DNA of 64,000 nt, from NCBI GenBank assembly GCA_963536495.1, contig CAUTAF010000002.1:74032-138031 (forward strand), read 5' to 3'. Made by a program: the position numbers and the translations under genes. Shown here piece after piece: positions 1-10,606 of this stretch (position 1 is its first letter; every line of letters starts with the position of its first letter). Origin of the DNA: an uncultured Eubacteriales bacterium. GTDB lineage: Bacteria > Bacillota_I > Bacilli_A > RF39 > UBA660. The notes beneath the pieces were generated by a model, which was not told where the DNA came from, searched no databases, and saw only the letters and a list, made by a program, of their open reading frames with translations.

Positions 1-1371
1 ACCATATTCCCAAGGCTTAGAAATGTTATATTTTTTATCGCTAAATTGTAAAATATTAGCAGGTGAAAAAACATTATATTGAAGTGATCTTATATATAAA
101 TTTGGATTATTTATATAATTTATACTACCATTTAATAAGTTTGCTTGCATTATAGATAAATTAGCATAATAAGCATTTTGTCTTTCAACTATTTTTTCTA
201 AAGTTTCAAAACTAGATATATAATCTCCAGTATAAGTAATCGGATATAGATGTGGTGATATCGTTGAGTTCTTTGATATTATAAAAGCTCTTGTAGATTC
301 TTTTCTAGCTTCATTTAAATATGTATAGTGATTAAGTCCCCACATATTATAAACATCACCTTCATAATCGTTCATTATAAAATCTATACCATTTTCTTTT
401 ATAGGTCTTATAAGAGATTTAATATATGTATCTATAAATTTAGCATCATTTCCTTCACAAGGAATTATGTTATTAGAATTAGGAGATAAAAACTTTCTAA
501 GTTCTACATAATTCAATTCTTTTTCATTAAAACCATTTTTGGGATTTACTTTTATACCCAAAAAAACTCCCATTTTATGAATGTTACTTGCTAAATCTTT
601 AGGTGATTCAAATCTTTCTTTATCAAACAAAAATACTGTATTATCAGCACTAAAATCACCAAGTATATAACTAGATAAATAAATATCTTTATTTTTAAAT
701 TCTTCTATTGTTTTAATAACATTTTCTGAATTTGTTTTTCTATTATCTAATAAAATATTTCCAAAAGCATATTTTGGTATTAAACTTGCTTTACCAGTTA
801 ATGCTAAATAATCTTGTAAAGCTAGTGAAAAATCATCGTTATAAACAAATAGATAAATATCAGTTTTATTATCTAAAAAAGAAAAATATCCGTTTTCCAT
901 TATAATAGGAGATAAACTTTCATCTATAACAGCATATTTACTTCTTGAAAATAAAGTTTCACCATTTAAATTATCATTTAAACTTCTAAAGTTTCCTTTT
1001 ATATTTTCATTATCTTTTTTATTCGGATACCAAACTTCATCTGTGTTATTAACTTTTGCATAAAAGTACATTGAAGGATTACTTTTCGGTCCAACTAAAG
1101 GTGCTTCTTTTTCATAAACTATATGAAAATATTTAGTTTTTATTTCAAGTGTTGTCGAACTATCAATTATATTAAATTCAGGTTTAGTAAATACTCTATT
1201 TCTAATAGATGCAGTTAAATTATCAGTAAAATTAGAATTTTCACTATATTCAAGTCTAATAAGTCTTTCAGTTAATACTGTAAATCTATATTTTTCTCCC
1301 TTAATTACTGAATCTATATTAGAAATATTTTTACTTTGATCTAAAATAAAACTGTTTTTAATCTTATCCAT
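1..1371 (-). CDS. Glycoside hydrolase, GH31-like. Only the 5' part is in the window; the N-terminus is at 1371 and the C-terminus lies beyond the window start.
   Basis: Minus-strand reading frame starts at ATG (MDKIKNSF...) and runs off the left edge with no stop. Motifs FTVLTERLIRLEY, IPKYAFG, FLFDKERFESPKDL and GIKVNP match the GH31 alpha-glucosidase/xylosidase layout. The catalytic-region motif is divergent (GIDFIMNDYEG instead of WxDMNE). Confidence 0.45.
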   Translation of the reverse strand, partial: MDKIKNSFILDQSKNISNIDSVIKGEKYRFTVLTERLIRLEYSENSNFTDNLTASIRNRVFTKPEFNIIDSSTTLEIKTKYFHIVYEKEAPLVGPKSNPSMYFYAKVNNTDEVWYPNKKDNENIKGNFRSLNDNLNGETLFSRSKYAVIDESLSPIIMENGYFSFLDNKTDIYLFVYNDDFSLALQDYLALTGKASLIPKYAFGNILLDNRKTNSENVIKTIEEFKNKDIYLSSYILGDFSADNTVFLFDKERFESPKDLASNIHKMGVFLGIKVNPKNGFNEKELNYVELRKFLSPNSNNIIPCEGNDAKFIDTYIKSLIRPIKENGIDFIMNDYEGDVYNMWGLNHYTYLNEARKESTRAFIISKNSTISPHLYPITYTGDYISSFETLEKIVERQNAYYANLSIMQANLLNGSINYINNPNLYIRSLQYNVFSPANILQFSDKKYNISKPWEYG

Positions 1372-1441
1372 AATCCCTCTATTCTCTTATAAGATTATAC
1401 CACAAGAATTATAGTTATGATATAATTGAATAGGTGATAAT

Positions 1442-2389
1442 ATGCAAGAAATAAAAGTTTTTACTAACACAAGACTATTAGCTTATCAATATGGAGTATT
1501 AAAAGCTTTAAAAAAATTAAAAATCGAACCTAAACATTTAATAAGTGATGAAGCGTCTTTTATTAATATTTTTTTATATACAAATTATAAATTATTAAAA
1601 AAATATTATGAAGGAATAGTACTTGATAAAAAGAAATTTTTAACTAAACATTTAAATTTTAAAGATTATATTTTTAATGATTATTATTTAGAAGTTGAAT
1701 TACAAGGTAATTTAATATATCAATCACAAATAACACCTAAAGATTTTAATAGATTTTTAAATTATAATTTTAAGAAAAAATATGGTCAAAAAGAAGAAGA
1801 TTATTTTTTAGCAGATTTAAATTTAGATGGTGAAAAACATATCTTAAGATTAGCAAAAGATATACAAAAGTATGATAAAGAATATTTAATTGATAAAGCT
1901 TACTACGAAACATTAAAGTATTTTAAAAAGATTGAAGGTAATACATATTATTTTCATAATAAAGAACTTGATAAATTTTACAATTCTATTAATAAAAAAT
2001 ACATTGATGATTTATTAAAATATATAAGATCTGATGATAGTTTAGAAATATTAGTAGATAAAATATCTTATATTTCTAATCTTCTAAAAGATGATAATAA
2101 GGATAATTTTTTAAATTTAATAGAAGATACTGCTAAAATATTTAAATTAAACAATTCTAAGTTATATACAATAAACAGTTTTAATGAAAATTTAAAAAAT
2201 GCTGTTTATAGATTAAGTCAAAAAAAGAATTTAACATACAATAGATTAAATGCAGTTAATTCTTTTACAGATGAAGAAATAATTACAATAATATGTAAAT
2301 CACTAAATATGAACATAGAAAAAATTATTAATATAATTAAAAAATATCCTGTTCATTTCTTATCAGCATTATATTTGGAGTTAATTTAA
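1442..2389 (+). CDS. hypothetical protein
   Basis: 315-aa ORF; its stop overlaps the start of the next gene (ATGA), so likely co-transcribed; no recognisable motif. Confidence 0.5.
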   Translation: MQEIKVFTNTRLLAYQYGVLKALKKLKIEPKHLISDEASFINIFLYTNYKLLKKYYEGIVLDKKKFLTKHLNFKDYIFNDYYLEVELQGNLIYQSQITPKDFNRFLNYNFKKKYGQKEEDYFLADLNLDGEKHILRLAKDIQKYDKEYLIDKAYYETLKYFKKIEGNTYYFHNKELDKFYNSINKKYIDDLLKYIRSDDSLEILVDKISYISNLLKDDNKDNFLNLIEDTAKIFKLNNSKLYTINSFNENLKNAVYRLSQKKNLTYNRLNAVNSFTDEEIITIICKSLNMNIEKIINIIKKYPVHFLSALYLELI

Positions 2390-3297
2390 TGAATAAAAGA
2401 TATAATAGTTTAGATGAATTTTATAAGAAAAAATTTGGTACTAAAATAGCTAAAATATCTCTTAATGCTAACTTTACTTGTCCAAATATCGATGGTAAAA
2501 AAGCTTTTGGTGGATGTACATTTTGTTTAGCTGGTTCTTCTATGTTTGGTGGAGATAAACAAAAAAGTTTATTAGAACAATTTGAAGAAGGTAAAAAAAG
2601 AGTTCAAACAAAATGGAAAGATGCTAAATATATAGCTTATTTTCAAGCTAATACAAATACATATGATACTGTCGATAATTTAAAGAAACGATTTGAAATA
2701 TTTTTAAACATGAAAGATGTAGTTGGAATAGATATTTCTACTAGAGCTGATGCTATTAATGAAGACGTCTTAGATTATTTGGAAGAGTTAAATAAAAAGA
2801 CTTTTTTAACTATCGAACTTGGTCTTCAAACAATTCATGAAAAAACTAGAAAAGAATTAAACAGATTTGAAGAAATAGAAGAAATAACTAAAATATGTAA
2901 AGAACTAAAAAAAAGAAATATAAACACTGTTGTTCATATTATTAATGGTTTTAGAAACGAAACAAAAGACGATATGTTAGAAACAATAAAATTTGTAAAT
3001 AAACTTGAAGTTGATGGTGTTAAAATCCATATGTTATTTATAGAAAAAGGAACAAAACTTAGTAAAGAATATTTAGAAAACCCTTTTCATATTTTAACTT
3101 TAAATGAATTTGTAGATATCGTATGCGACCAAATAGAACTTTTAAACAAAAATATTGTTCTTTATAGATTAACTGGAGATCCCAATAAAGAACTTACTAT
3201 AGAACCAACATGGACACATAAAAAATTTGTAGTACTTAATGAAATAGATAAAGAATTAAAAAGAAGAAATACATTTCAAGGAATTAAATCAAAATAA
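2389..3297 (+). CDS. radical SAM protein, TIGR01212/YhcC-like
   Basis: Cys motif CPNIDGKKAFGGCTFC (C-x11-C-x2-C) and overall layout typical of the TIGR01212 family. Confidence 0.6.
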   Translation: MNKRYNSLDEFYKKKFGTKIAKISLNANFTCPNIDGKKAFGGCTFCLAGSSMFGGDKQKSLLEQFEEGKKRVQTKWKDAKYIAYFQANTNTYDTVDNLKKRFEIFLNMKDVVGIDISTRADAINEDVLDYLEELNKKTFLTIELGLQTIHEKTRKELNRFEEIEEITKICKELKKRNINTVVHIINGFRNETKDDMLETIKFVNKLEVDGVKIHMLFIEKGTKLSKEYLENPFHILTLNEFVDIVCDQIELLNKNIVLYRLTGDPNKELTIEPTWTHKKFVVLNEIDKELKRRNTFQGIKSK

Positions 3298-3299
3298 AA

Positions 3300-3336
3300 A
3301 TATCTCTAAAAAAAATAGAGATATTTTTTATTTTAC
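3300..3336. terminator. bidirectional rho-independent terminator between convergent genes
   Basis: Hairpin ATATCTCTA-(A7)-TAGAGATAT flanked by an A-run and a T-run. Confidence 0.6.
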
Positions 3337-3777
3337 TTTCTTATATCCACTTGATAATAAATTCTTTTCAGTTGCTCTCAAATCAATGTATTTAGCATCT
3401 GCTCTATCAATTAATCCTCTTTTTGCTAATTCTTTAAAATTAGATTTTTTATAATTGACTTCTACTTTTAAGATTAATAATTTCTTATCAGTATATTCAA
3501 ATGAATATTTTACACCTTCAACATTATATGTAGCATCAAAGTTTTGTTTTAATGCTTTTCTTGCATCTTCTACACTAATTTCAGCTGCTTTTTTATCATT
3601 AGAATAATCTATTTTAGTATCAGCAGTATATTTAATTAACTTGTTACCTCTAGCAGTTAAAACTACGCTTGAATTAACTTTAGAATTACTTAAACTATAT
3701 TTATATTGTTTTGGTCCTAAACAAGCAGTTAATGAAAATGCAAATAATAAAATTAATCCTAAATATATCTTTTTCAT
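3328..3777 (-). CDS. lipoprotein, unknown function
   Basis: Signal peptide with lipobox LTAC (MKKIYLGLILLFAFSLTAC). Confidence 0.55.
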   Translation of the reverse strand: MKKIYLGLILLFAFSLTACLGPKQYKYSLSNSKVNSSVVLTARGNKLIKYTADTKIDYSNDKKAAEISVEDARKALKQNFDATYNVEGVKYSFEYTDKKLLILKVEVNYKKSNFKELAKRGLIDRADAKYIDLRATEKNLLSSGYKKVK

Positions 3778-3844
3778 ATTTCCTCCTATTTTTATTATAA
3801 CAATTTATTAAAGAATATGTAAATAAAAAGAACATATATTCTTT

Positions 3845-5794
3845 TTATCTAAGTTTAAGTTCAAATATAATATTTCTAAGTTGCATAGCTCTTTCAAAAT
3901 CTAATTCTTTTGCTGCTTTCTTCATTTCTTTTTCAAGTTCTTCTATATTTAAATTTTCTTCAGTAAGAGATTTTTTCTTATTTTTACTACTATTATTTAC
4001 ACTAACATTAGTAATAACTTCTTTTATAGATTTTTCTATTGTTTTAGGTACTATACCATGAACTTTATTATATTCTTCTTGTATAGTTCTTCTTCTTTTA
4101 GTTTCATTAATAGCATATTCCATAGAATTAGTTATCTTATCTGCATACATTATACATTTACCATTTGCATTTCTTGCACAACGACCAATAATTTGAATAA
4201 GACTTCTATTACTTCTTAAGAAACCTTCTTTATCAGCATCAAGTATTGCAATTAAACTAACTTCAGGAATATCTATACCTTCTCTTAATAAATTAATACC
4301 TACTATACAGTCATATTTACCACTTCTTAAATCATGTATTATTTGTAATCTTTCTAATGTTTTAACTTCAGAATGTAGATATGCTACTTTGATATCTAAA
4401 GACCTTAAATATTCAGTTAATTCTTCAGACATCTTTATAGTTAAAGTTGTAATTAAAACTTTTTCGTTTTTTACTATTCTATCTCTTATTTCATTTACAA
4501 GATCAAATATTTGATTTTCAGTCTTTCTAACCTCTATTATAGGATCTAAAAGTCCAGTTGGTCTAATAATTTGTTCTATAACTTTATTATCAACTAGTTC
4601 TAATTCATAATCCCCAGGTGTTGCAGATACATAAATAGCTTGTTTAATTTTACTAGTAAATTCTTCAAATCTTAAAGGTCTATTATCTAGTGCTGAAGGT
4701 AATCTAAAACCATATTCTACTAGTATTTCTTTTCTAGCTCTATCTCCGTTATACATTCCTCTAACTTGTGGAAGTGTAACGTGCGATTCATCTACTACTA
4801 ATAAAAAATCATCTCCAAAGAAATCAAGTAATGTAGTTGGAGCAACTCCTGGTTCTCTTCCATCAAAGTATCTAGAATAATTTTCTATACCACTACACAT
4901 TCCTGTTTCTTTTAACATTTCTAAATCATAATTAGTTCTTTCTCTTAATCTTTGCTCTTCTAAAAACTTATTTTTATTTTTAAAATTTTCTAAACTAATT
5001 GCTAAATCTTTCTTTATTTCTTTTTCTGCTTTTAAAATTTTTTCATGACTTGTTACAAAGTGACTTGCAGGAAATATAGAAACATTTTTTTTGTCACCTT
5101 TTATAACTCCTGTTACTACATCAATTTCTGATATTCTATCTATTTCATCTCCAAAAAACTCTACTCTAATAGCAGTTTGAAATTCACTAGCAGGAATAAT
5201 ATCAACAGTATCTCCTCTAACTCTAAAAGTAGCTCTTTTAAAATCAAAATCATTTCTTTCAAAAAGCATATCTACAAGTTTTTTTAACATATCATCTCTT
5301 GATATTTTCATACCTTGACTTAAAGTTAACATATGATTTTTATATTCTTCAACTTCACCTATTCCATATATACAAGATACACTAGCTACGACAATAACAT
5401 CATCATAACTTAACAAAGATGATGTAGCAGAATGTCTTAACTCATCTATTTCTTCATTAATCGATGAATCTTTTTCTATATAAGTATCAGTAGATGCAAC
5501 ATATGCTTCTGGTTGATAATAATCATAATAACTTACAAAATATTCAACATGATTATTTGGAAAAAGTTCTTTTAACTCACTATATAATTGACCTGCTAAA
5601 GTTTTATTGTGTGCAAGAACTAATGTCTTTTTTCCTGTTTCTTTAATAACATTAGCAATAGTAAAAGTTTTACCTGTACCTGTTGCTCCAAGTAAAACTT
5701 GATTTTTTTTATTATTTTTAACACCTTCTACTAATTTTCTTATAGCTTCAGGTTGATCTCCAGATGGAGAATATTTTGATACTAAATTAAACAT
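3845..5794 (-). CDS. uvrB: excinuclease ABC subunit B
   Basis: Walker A GATGTGKT, UvrB helicase motifs, C-terminal UVR domain ([24 protein letters not shown]). Confidence 0.95.
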   Translation of the reverse strand: MFNLVSKYSPSGDQPEAIRKLVEGVKNNKKNQVLLGATGTGKTFTIANVIKETGKKTLVLAHNKTLAGQLYSELKELFPNNHVEYFVSYYDYYQPEAYVASTDTYIEKDSSINEEIDELRHSATSSLLSYDDVIVVASVSCIYGIGEVEEYKNHMLTLSQGMKISRDDMLKKLVDMLFERNDFDFKRATFRVRGDTVDIIPASEFQTAIRVEFFGDEIDRISEIDVVTGVIKGDKKNVSIFPASHFVTSHEKILKAEKEIKKDLAISLENFKNKNKFLEEQRLRERTNYDLEMLKETGMCSGIENYSRYFDGREPGVAPTTLLDFFGDDFLLVVDESHVTLPQVRGMYNGDRARKEILVEYGFRLPSALDNRPLRFEEFTSKIKQAIYVSATPGDYELELVDNKVIEQIIRPTGLLDPIIEVRKTENQIFDLVNEIRDRIVKNEKVLITTLTIKMSEELTEYLRSLDIKVAYLHSEVKTLERLQIIHDLRSGKYDCIVGINLLREGIDIPEVSLIAILDADKEGFLRSNRSLIQIIGRCARNANGKCIMYADKITNSMEYAINETKRRRTIQEEYNKVHGIVPKTIEKSIKEVITNVSVNNSSKNKKKSLTEENLNIEELEKEMKKAAKELDFERAMQLRNIIFELKLR

Positions 5795-5801
5795 ATATCA
5801 C

Positions 5802-7529
5802 CTAATCTTTTTCTATTTCAGTTTCATATAAATGTTTATATGAACTACAATTTTTTATTAAATATTCATGACTTCCACTGTCTATTATTTTACCATCTTC
5901 TAAATAAAATATTTTATTTGCTTTTCTTATTGTAGATAACCTATGAGCTATTATCAAAATAGTATATTCACCTTCCATATTTTCAATAGCTTTTTGTATT
6001 TCGTATTGAGTTTCATTATCAAGAGCACTAGTAGCTTCATCAAATAAAATTATCTCTGTTTTTTGAATTAAAGCTCTTGCTATTGCAAGTCTTTGTTTTT
6101 GACCACCAGATAAATTAACTCCACCTTCTCCGATAATAGTATCGTATTTATTTTCTAAACTATCGATAAACTTATCTAAACAAGCAAGTCTACATGCTTC
6201 TTTCATCTCTTTATCAGTTAAATCACTTTTAACTAATTTCAAATTTTCTTTAATACTCATATTAAAAATATAAGGATTTTGACCAATAATAGTAATATTA
6301 CCTCTTATTGTATCTTTATCTAATTCATTGATATCATAATCATCTATTAAAATTTGACCAGAGTTTACATCATACATTTTAACTAACAGATTAAAGATTG
6401 TAGTTTTTCCACTACCACTTTTACCTACAAAAGCTACAGTAGTATTTTTATCAATTTTAAAACTTAAATCTTTTAAAACTTTATTTTTACCATAAGAAAA
6501 TTTAACGTTTCTAAACTCAAAATCTCCATTTATTTTATCTAGATGAATATTTCCAAATTTTTCTTTTTTATATTCACCTTCTTCTAATATTTCTTTAAGT
6601 CTTACTCTAGATACATCAAACTCTTTTAAATAACTTATTAGATCTCCTAATAAATAATAGAAACTATGAGAATTTCTTACATAATTATATAGAACAACTG
6701 CACTTGCTATTGCAACATTTTTTTCTTTTATTATAAAAATTAAAAGAAAGATAAATAAAAGATTAAAAACATTATCCACTGACCAACTTAAAAATCTAAA
6801 ATCATAACCTACATTTCTTAACTTAATATATTTATTAGAATAATCATCTACATCTTTATCAAATTTAGATAAATAATCTTTTTCACTATTAAGCATTTTT
6901 ATATCTCTAGATCCTCTTACAAGTTCAGAAATAGTAGTATATAATCTATCATTTGTTTTTCTAACTATTTTATCTAATTTTTCCTTTTTATTTGATCTTA
7001 TTTGTTCTATAACAAATAAAATTATCGTCATTATAACAACTAATATACCTACCATATAATTAATTATAAATATAGCTAAAATATTACCAACATTAACAAA
7101 TAAATCTCCTAATAAATCTAAAATAACATAAAATATATCTGATATTTTATAAGTATCAGAAGTTATTCGTTGTAAAAATTTACCACTTCCAGCTTTATCT
7201 AAACCTTCATTTGTAATTTTAAGCATATTTTGTGCTACATCTTTTGTAATAGCATTTGATAATCGTTGATATATATAAGTCATTCTTTTTCTTGTATAAT
7301 AAAATGTCTGATTTTCTATAAGAGTTATTACAAATAATACCACTCCAAAATATATTAATTCATTAAATTTTCCATTAGTTAATTTTATAATTAATTGAGC
7401 TGATACTATAGGGGTAATTATTCTTAGAATTATATTAAAAGTGTTTACAATAAAAACAAGGAATATTTTAGATTTTATTCCAGAAGCATAACTCAAAACA
7501 AATTTTAAAGTCTCAATAAATTTTTTCAT
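5802..7529 (-). CDS. ABC exporter, fused permease and ATP-binding protein
   Basis: N-terminal 6-TM domain; C-terminal NBD with GKSGSGKTT, LSGGQKQR and ILFDEATSALD. Confidence 0.85.
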   Translation of the reverse strand: MKKFIETLKFVLSYASGIKSKIFLVFIVNTFNIILRIITPIVSAQLIIKLTNGKFNELIYFGVVLFVITLIENQTFYYTRKRMTYIYQRLSNAITKDVAQNMLKITNEGLDKAGSGKFLQRITSDTYKISDIFYVILDLLGDLFVNVGNILAIFIINYMVGILVVIMTIILFVIEQIRSNKKEKLDKIVRKTNDRLYTTISELVRGSRDIKMLNSEKDYLSKFDKDVDDYSNKYIKLRNVGYDFRFLSWSVDNVFNLLFIFLLIFIIKEKNVAIASAVVLYNYVRNSHSFYYLLGDLISYLKEFDVSRVRLKEILEEGEYKKEKFGNIHLDKINGDFEFRNVKFSYGKNKVLKDLSFKIDKNTTVAFVGKSGSGKTTIFNLLVKMYDVNSGQILIDDYDINELDKDTIRGNITIIGQNPYIFNMSIKENLKLVKSDLTDKEMKEACRLACLDKFIDSLENKYDTIIGEGGVNLSGGQKQRLAIARALIQKTEIILFDEATSALDNETQYEIQKAIENMEGEYTILIIAHRLSTIRKANKIFYLEDGKIIDSGSHEYLIKNCSSYKHLYETEIEKD

Positions 7530-7537
7530 AAAAATTC

Positions 7538-8728
7538 CTATTCATAAAGTACATTAACATCTACAAAACCTTGGACTCCAGAAATTAAACCATTTTCTGT
7601 AAGTTGCCACATTTTATAATCTTTAGAGTAATTAGTTTTACTAGTATAATGAGCAAGCCATATAGGATAAGAAATATTCCAAATATTTTCTAAATAATAT
7701 TTAGAAGAATAATTTAATACTTCATAACCATCTTTTTTTATTTCTTCTAAAAAAACTGCAGCATTTTTATTAATATCATAAATACTTAATTTTGCTTTTT
7801 CTACATTTTTCCAATCTTCAAAGTCGTATGCTACAGGCATATCTATTTTATAATTTTTTATATATTTTTTTATAAATTCAGCTTGTTTTTTAGCATCTTT
7901 AACATCTTTTGCATAAGAATAAAAATACACTCCTGCTTTAATACCATATTTATTTGCTAATTTAATATTTTGTTCATAATACTTATCTAATACTAACTCT
8001 TTACCAAAACCAGTTTGATAACCAAGTCTTATCATAACAAATTCAACATTTGCTGCTTTTAATTTTTCGAAATCTACATTTGCTTGCCACTTAGATATAT
8101 CTATACCTATTTTTGTTTTTTTATTTTTATGTTCATTATAGATATCTTCATATTTAATACCAACTCTTTTAGCAGGTTTTGATATTTCTTTATTATCTTT
8201 TGGTTTTTCTATAACTTCAACAGTAAATTCTTTTTTAGTTTCATTTTTAGAACTATCTGTTGCTTTTAAAATTAGTTTATATTTACCAATTTTTTCTATA
8301 TCAATATCTTGTTCTATTTCTTTTTTAACTTCTCTATCATAATTATCCAAGACAAGAAAATTTTTAGTATAATCTTTTTTTACACCTTTATATGTTTTAA
8401 AATAATTAGCACCAAAAACAAGTGGTTTAATATTATCTATGATATTTATTTTTATTCTTGCTTGTCGTTTTTTATTATTTTTATTAAGATAAACAAAAGA
8501 TATTTCTTTTTCTCCTATTTCTTCAAAAAACAACTCTCTATCATCAAGTATCTTTTCTTTCACATTTAAAATTTTAGATAATTTCTCTTTTTTATGAACA
8601 TCTAAAACAAAATTTTTATCTTTAACTATAGAATTATCAAAAAGCAGCATATTATCTATCATTACATATGCTGCTAAAGCAATTATTAAAGCAAAAACTA
8701 TACTTATAGTTATAACTATTTTCTTCAT
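7538..8728 (-). CDS. membrane-anchored GH25 family muramidase (lysozyme)
   Basis: N-terminal TM helix; C-terminal GH25 signature (GIDISKWQ..., VYFYSYA, DFEDW). Confidence 0.7.
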   Translation of the reverse strand: MKKIVITISIVFALIIALAAYVMIDNMLLFDNSIVKDKNFVLDVHKKEKLSKILNVKEKILDDRELFFEEIGEKEISFVYLNKNNKKRQARIKINIIDNIKPLVFGANYFKTYKGVKKDYTKNFLVLDNYDREVKKEIEQDIDIEKIGKYKLILKATDSSKNETKKEFTVEVIEKPKDNKEISKPAKRVGIKYEDIYNEHKNKKTKIGIDISKWQANVDFEKLKAANVEFVMIRLGYQTGFGKELVLDKYYEQNIKLANKYGIKAGVYFYSYAKDVKDAKKQAEFIKKYIKNYKIDMPVAYDFEDWKNVEKAKLSIYDINKNAAVFLEEIKKDGYEVLNYSSKYYLENIWNISYPIWLAHYTSKTNYSKDYKMWQLTENGLISGVQGFVDVNVLYE

Positions 8729-8781
8729 ACTATCATTATATAATATTAATAAATATAATTACATACTATGTATAAATTTAT

Positions 8782-9726
8782 CTAATTATTGACATTTGTC
8801 ATAGAATCTCTTCTATGTTTTAAAACTTTTACAAATTCTTTAATTGATTCTTTTTTATTTTCATGTGTTGTTTCTTTTTCTTCTTCTATATATTTATTAA
8901 TATCAAGAACAACAATAGAATCACATATTTTATACAAATAAAAACCATATAATTGAGAATAATCATTTGTTTCTCTACCATTTACCAAAGCTTTTATATA
9001 TTCATCTTTTTCTTTTAAAGTTACATAGATCGGAGGAATACCTGCTTCTATAAACAATTTATTAGTTAAAGCTCTTATAGTTCGACCATTTCCATCAAAA
9101 AAAGGATGGACAAGTAACATATCAGCACTTAATTTTACTGCATCGTAAATAAATGATGTTATTTCTTCATCAGAATTATTTTCTTTTAATTTTTTTGCTC
9201 TTTCTTCCAAAGATGCTATATCTTTATTTAAATATAATGCTTCTTTATATATATTTTCCCAAGCAACTAAATTAGTAGGGTCTCCCTTTAAATATGCAGG
9301 TGATCTTCTAAATTCACCACCACATTCAGAATATTTTTCAAATTCAAATAACTTCTTATGAAATTCTTTTAATGTGTAAAAATTTAAACTATCTATTTCT
9401 TCACTAACTAAAAAATGATATAGATTTTTCATCCCTTGTTTTTGAGCATCATTATGATCCATATCCTCAAATTTAAGTTCATTTTTAACATAGTTTTTTA
9501 TAAATTCTTTATCATTTAAATTATATGTCTTTTTCATATCAAAATAATCAGTAACTAATTTTTCAGGAAGAGATAAATCAAAACTATATAAAATACCATT
9601 TTCTTGTCTATATTTATATGCTAAAAAACGTTCAATTATCTCATTATAAGCTTCTTTATCTATCATATTCAACACCTCTTTCTTTATTAAGTTATGTATT
9701 ATATCAAATTTTTTGTTTTTTAGCAA
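8782..9726 (-). CDS. Fic/DOC family protein, putative AMPylase
   Basis: Canonical Fic motif HPFFDGNGRTIR. Confidence 0.75.
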   Translation of the reverse strand: MLKNKKFDIIHNLIKKEVLNMIDKEAYNEIIERFLAYKYRQENGILYSFDLSLPEKLVTDYFDMKKTYNLNDKEFIKNYVKNELKFEDMDHNDAQKQGMKNLYHFLVSEEIDSLNFYTLKEFHKKLFEFEKYSECGGEFRRSPAYLKGDPTNLVAWENIYKEALYLNKDIASLEERAKKLKENNSDEEITSFIYDAVKLSADMLLVHPFFDGNGRTIRALTNKLFIEAGIPPIYVTLKEKDEYIKALVNGRETNDYSQLYGFYLYKICDSIVVLDINKYIEEEKETTHENKKESIKEFVKVLKHRRDSMTNVNN

Positions 9727-9816
9727 AAAGCTTAAATTTTATATTATTAAACTATTAAATTAGTTAATGAAGGTAAATAAAAAAGATTTATAAAATAAAA
9801 ATTTAGTTTTAATAAA

Positions 9817-10233
9817 TTAATTATCATATAACCATTTTGCAATTATTTGATATTTAGGTGTATATCTAGTTTCTTCTAATATATATTTTTTTAACCAAGA
9901 ATTTTTTTGATATAAGAAAAATACTGTAGATAATACTACTACATAATATAAAGAAAATTTAATAATTGTTTTTGTTATTTTTATTTCTTTATATTTTTTT
10001 ATTAATATATATATTAAAAATATGAATAATAAAAGACTTATAATTCCACTTAATATACCTATTTTTTTACTTATTAATATATTACTATTTAAAGATACTA
10101 TAAAAATAAAGAAAAATATCGGTAATAAAACAGATCCTACATAAGTAATACTATATAAGATTTTATTATAAAATTTGTTAAGTTCTATTTTTTCTTGTTC
10201 ATATATATCTAATATTTCAATTTTATTATTCAT
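9817..10233 (-). CDS. small membrane protein
   Basis: Multiple hydrophobic helices; overlaps the upstream ORF by 8 nt. Confidence 0.4.
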   Translation of the reverse strand: MNNKIEILDIYEQEKIELNKFYNKILYSITYVGSVLLPIFFFIFIVSLNSNILISKKIGILSGIISLLLFIFLIYILIKKYKEIKITKTIIKFSLYYVVVLSTVFFLYQKNSWLKKYILEETRYTPKYQIIAKWLYDN

Positions 10234-10528
10234 CTCTTCCTCTTTTAATACAATTATTATTTTTGATATCGTTTATCTTTAAATTATCACATTCTTCTTT
10301 ATATATTTCTTTTAATACTTCTATATTTTCACTTAATAATTCACTTAAGTTATTATCAACAAAAAACTTTTCATCATTTAATAAATCACTATTATTATTC
10401 ACTATATATTCAGCAATATTTAAATAAGAATAATTTTTATCATAATTATCTATTTTTTCTAAAATAAAACTTAATACTATTAAAAATAAACCTAAAACAA
10501 CAATTAAAAACTTCTTTTTATTTTTCAT
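10226..10528 (-). CDS. small secreted or membrane protein
   Basis: N-terminal signal/TM segment. Confidence 0.4.
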   Translation of the reverse strand: MKNKKKFLIVVLGLFLIVLSFILEKIDNYDKNYSYLNIAEYIVNNNSDLLNDEKFFVDNNLSELLSENIEVLKEIYKEECDNLKINDIKNNNCIKRGRDE

Positions 10529-10552
10529 ACTATCACTAAAATTATTATATAA

Positions 10553-10592
10553 AAAAAGAGTTACTTTTATAATTAATAACTCTTTTTTTTAT
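10553..10592. terminator. rho-independent terminator hairpin
   Basis: AAAGAGTTA...TAACTCTTT followed by a T-run and preceded by an A-run. Confidence 0.5.
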
Positions 10593-10606
10593 ATTGATAT
10601 GTAAAA

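Noticed and set aside
8309-8569. 86-aa plus-strand ORF inside the GH25 gene
   Set aside because: Entirely antisense to a well-supported CDS, low-complexity F/I/K-rich translation typical of AT-rich antisense frames, no RBS
7538-8728. GH25 lysozyme as a prophage endolysin
   Set aside because: No holin, terminase, capsid or integrase genes nearby; it carries an N-terminal membrane anchor and is coupled to an ABC exporter, so it is more likely a host autolysin
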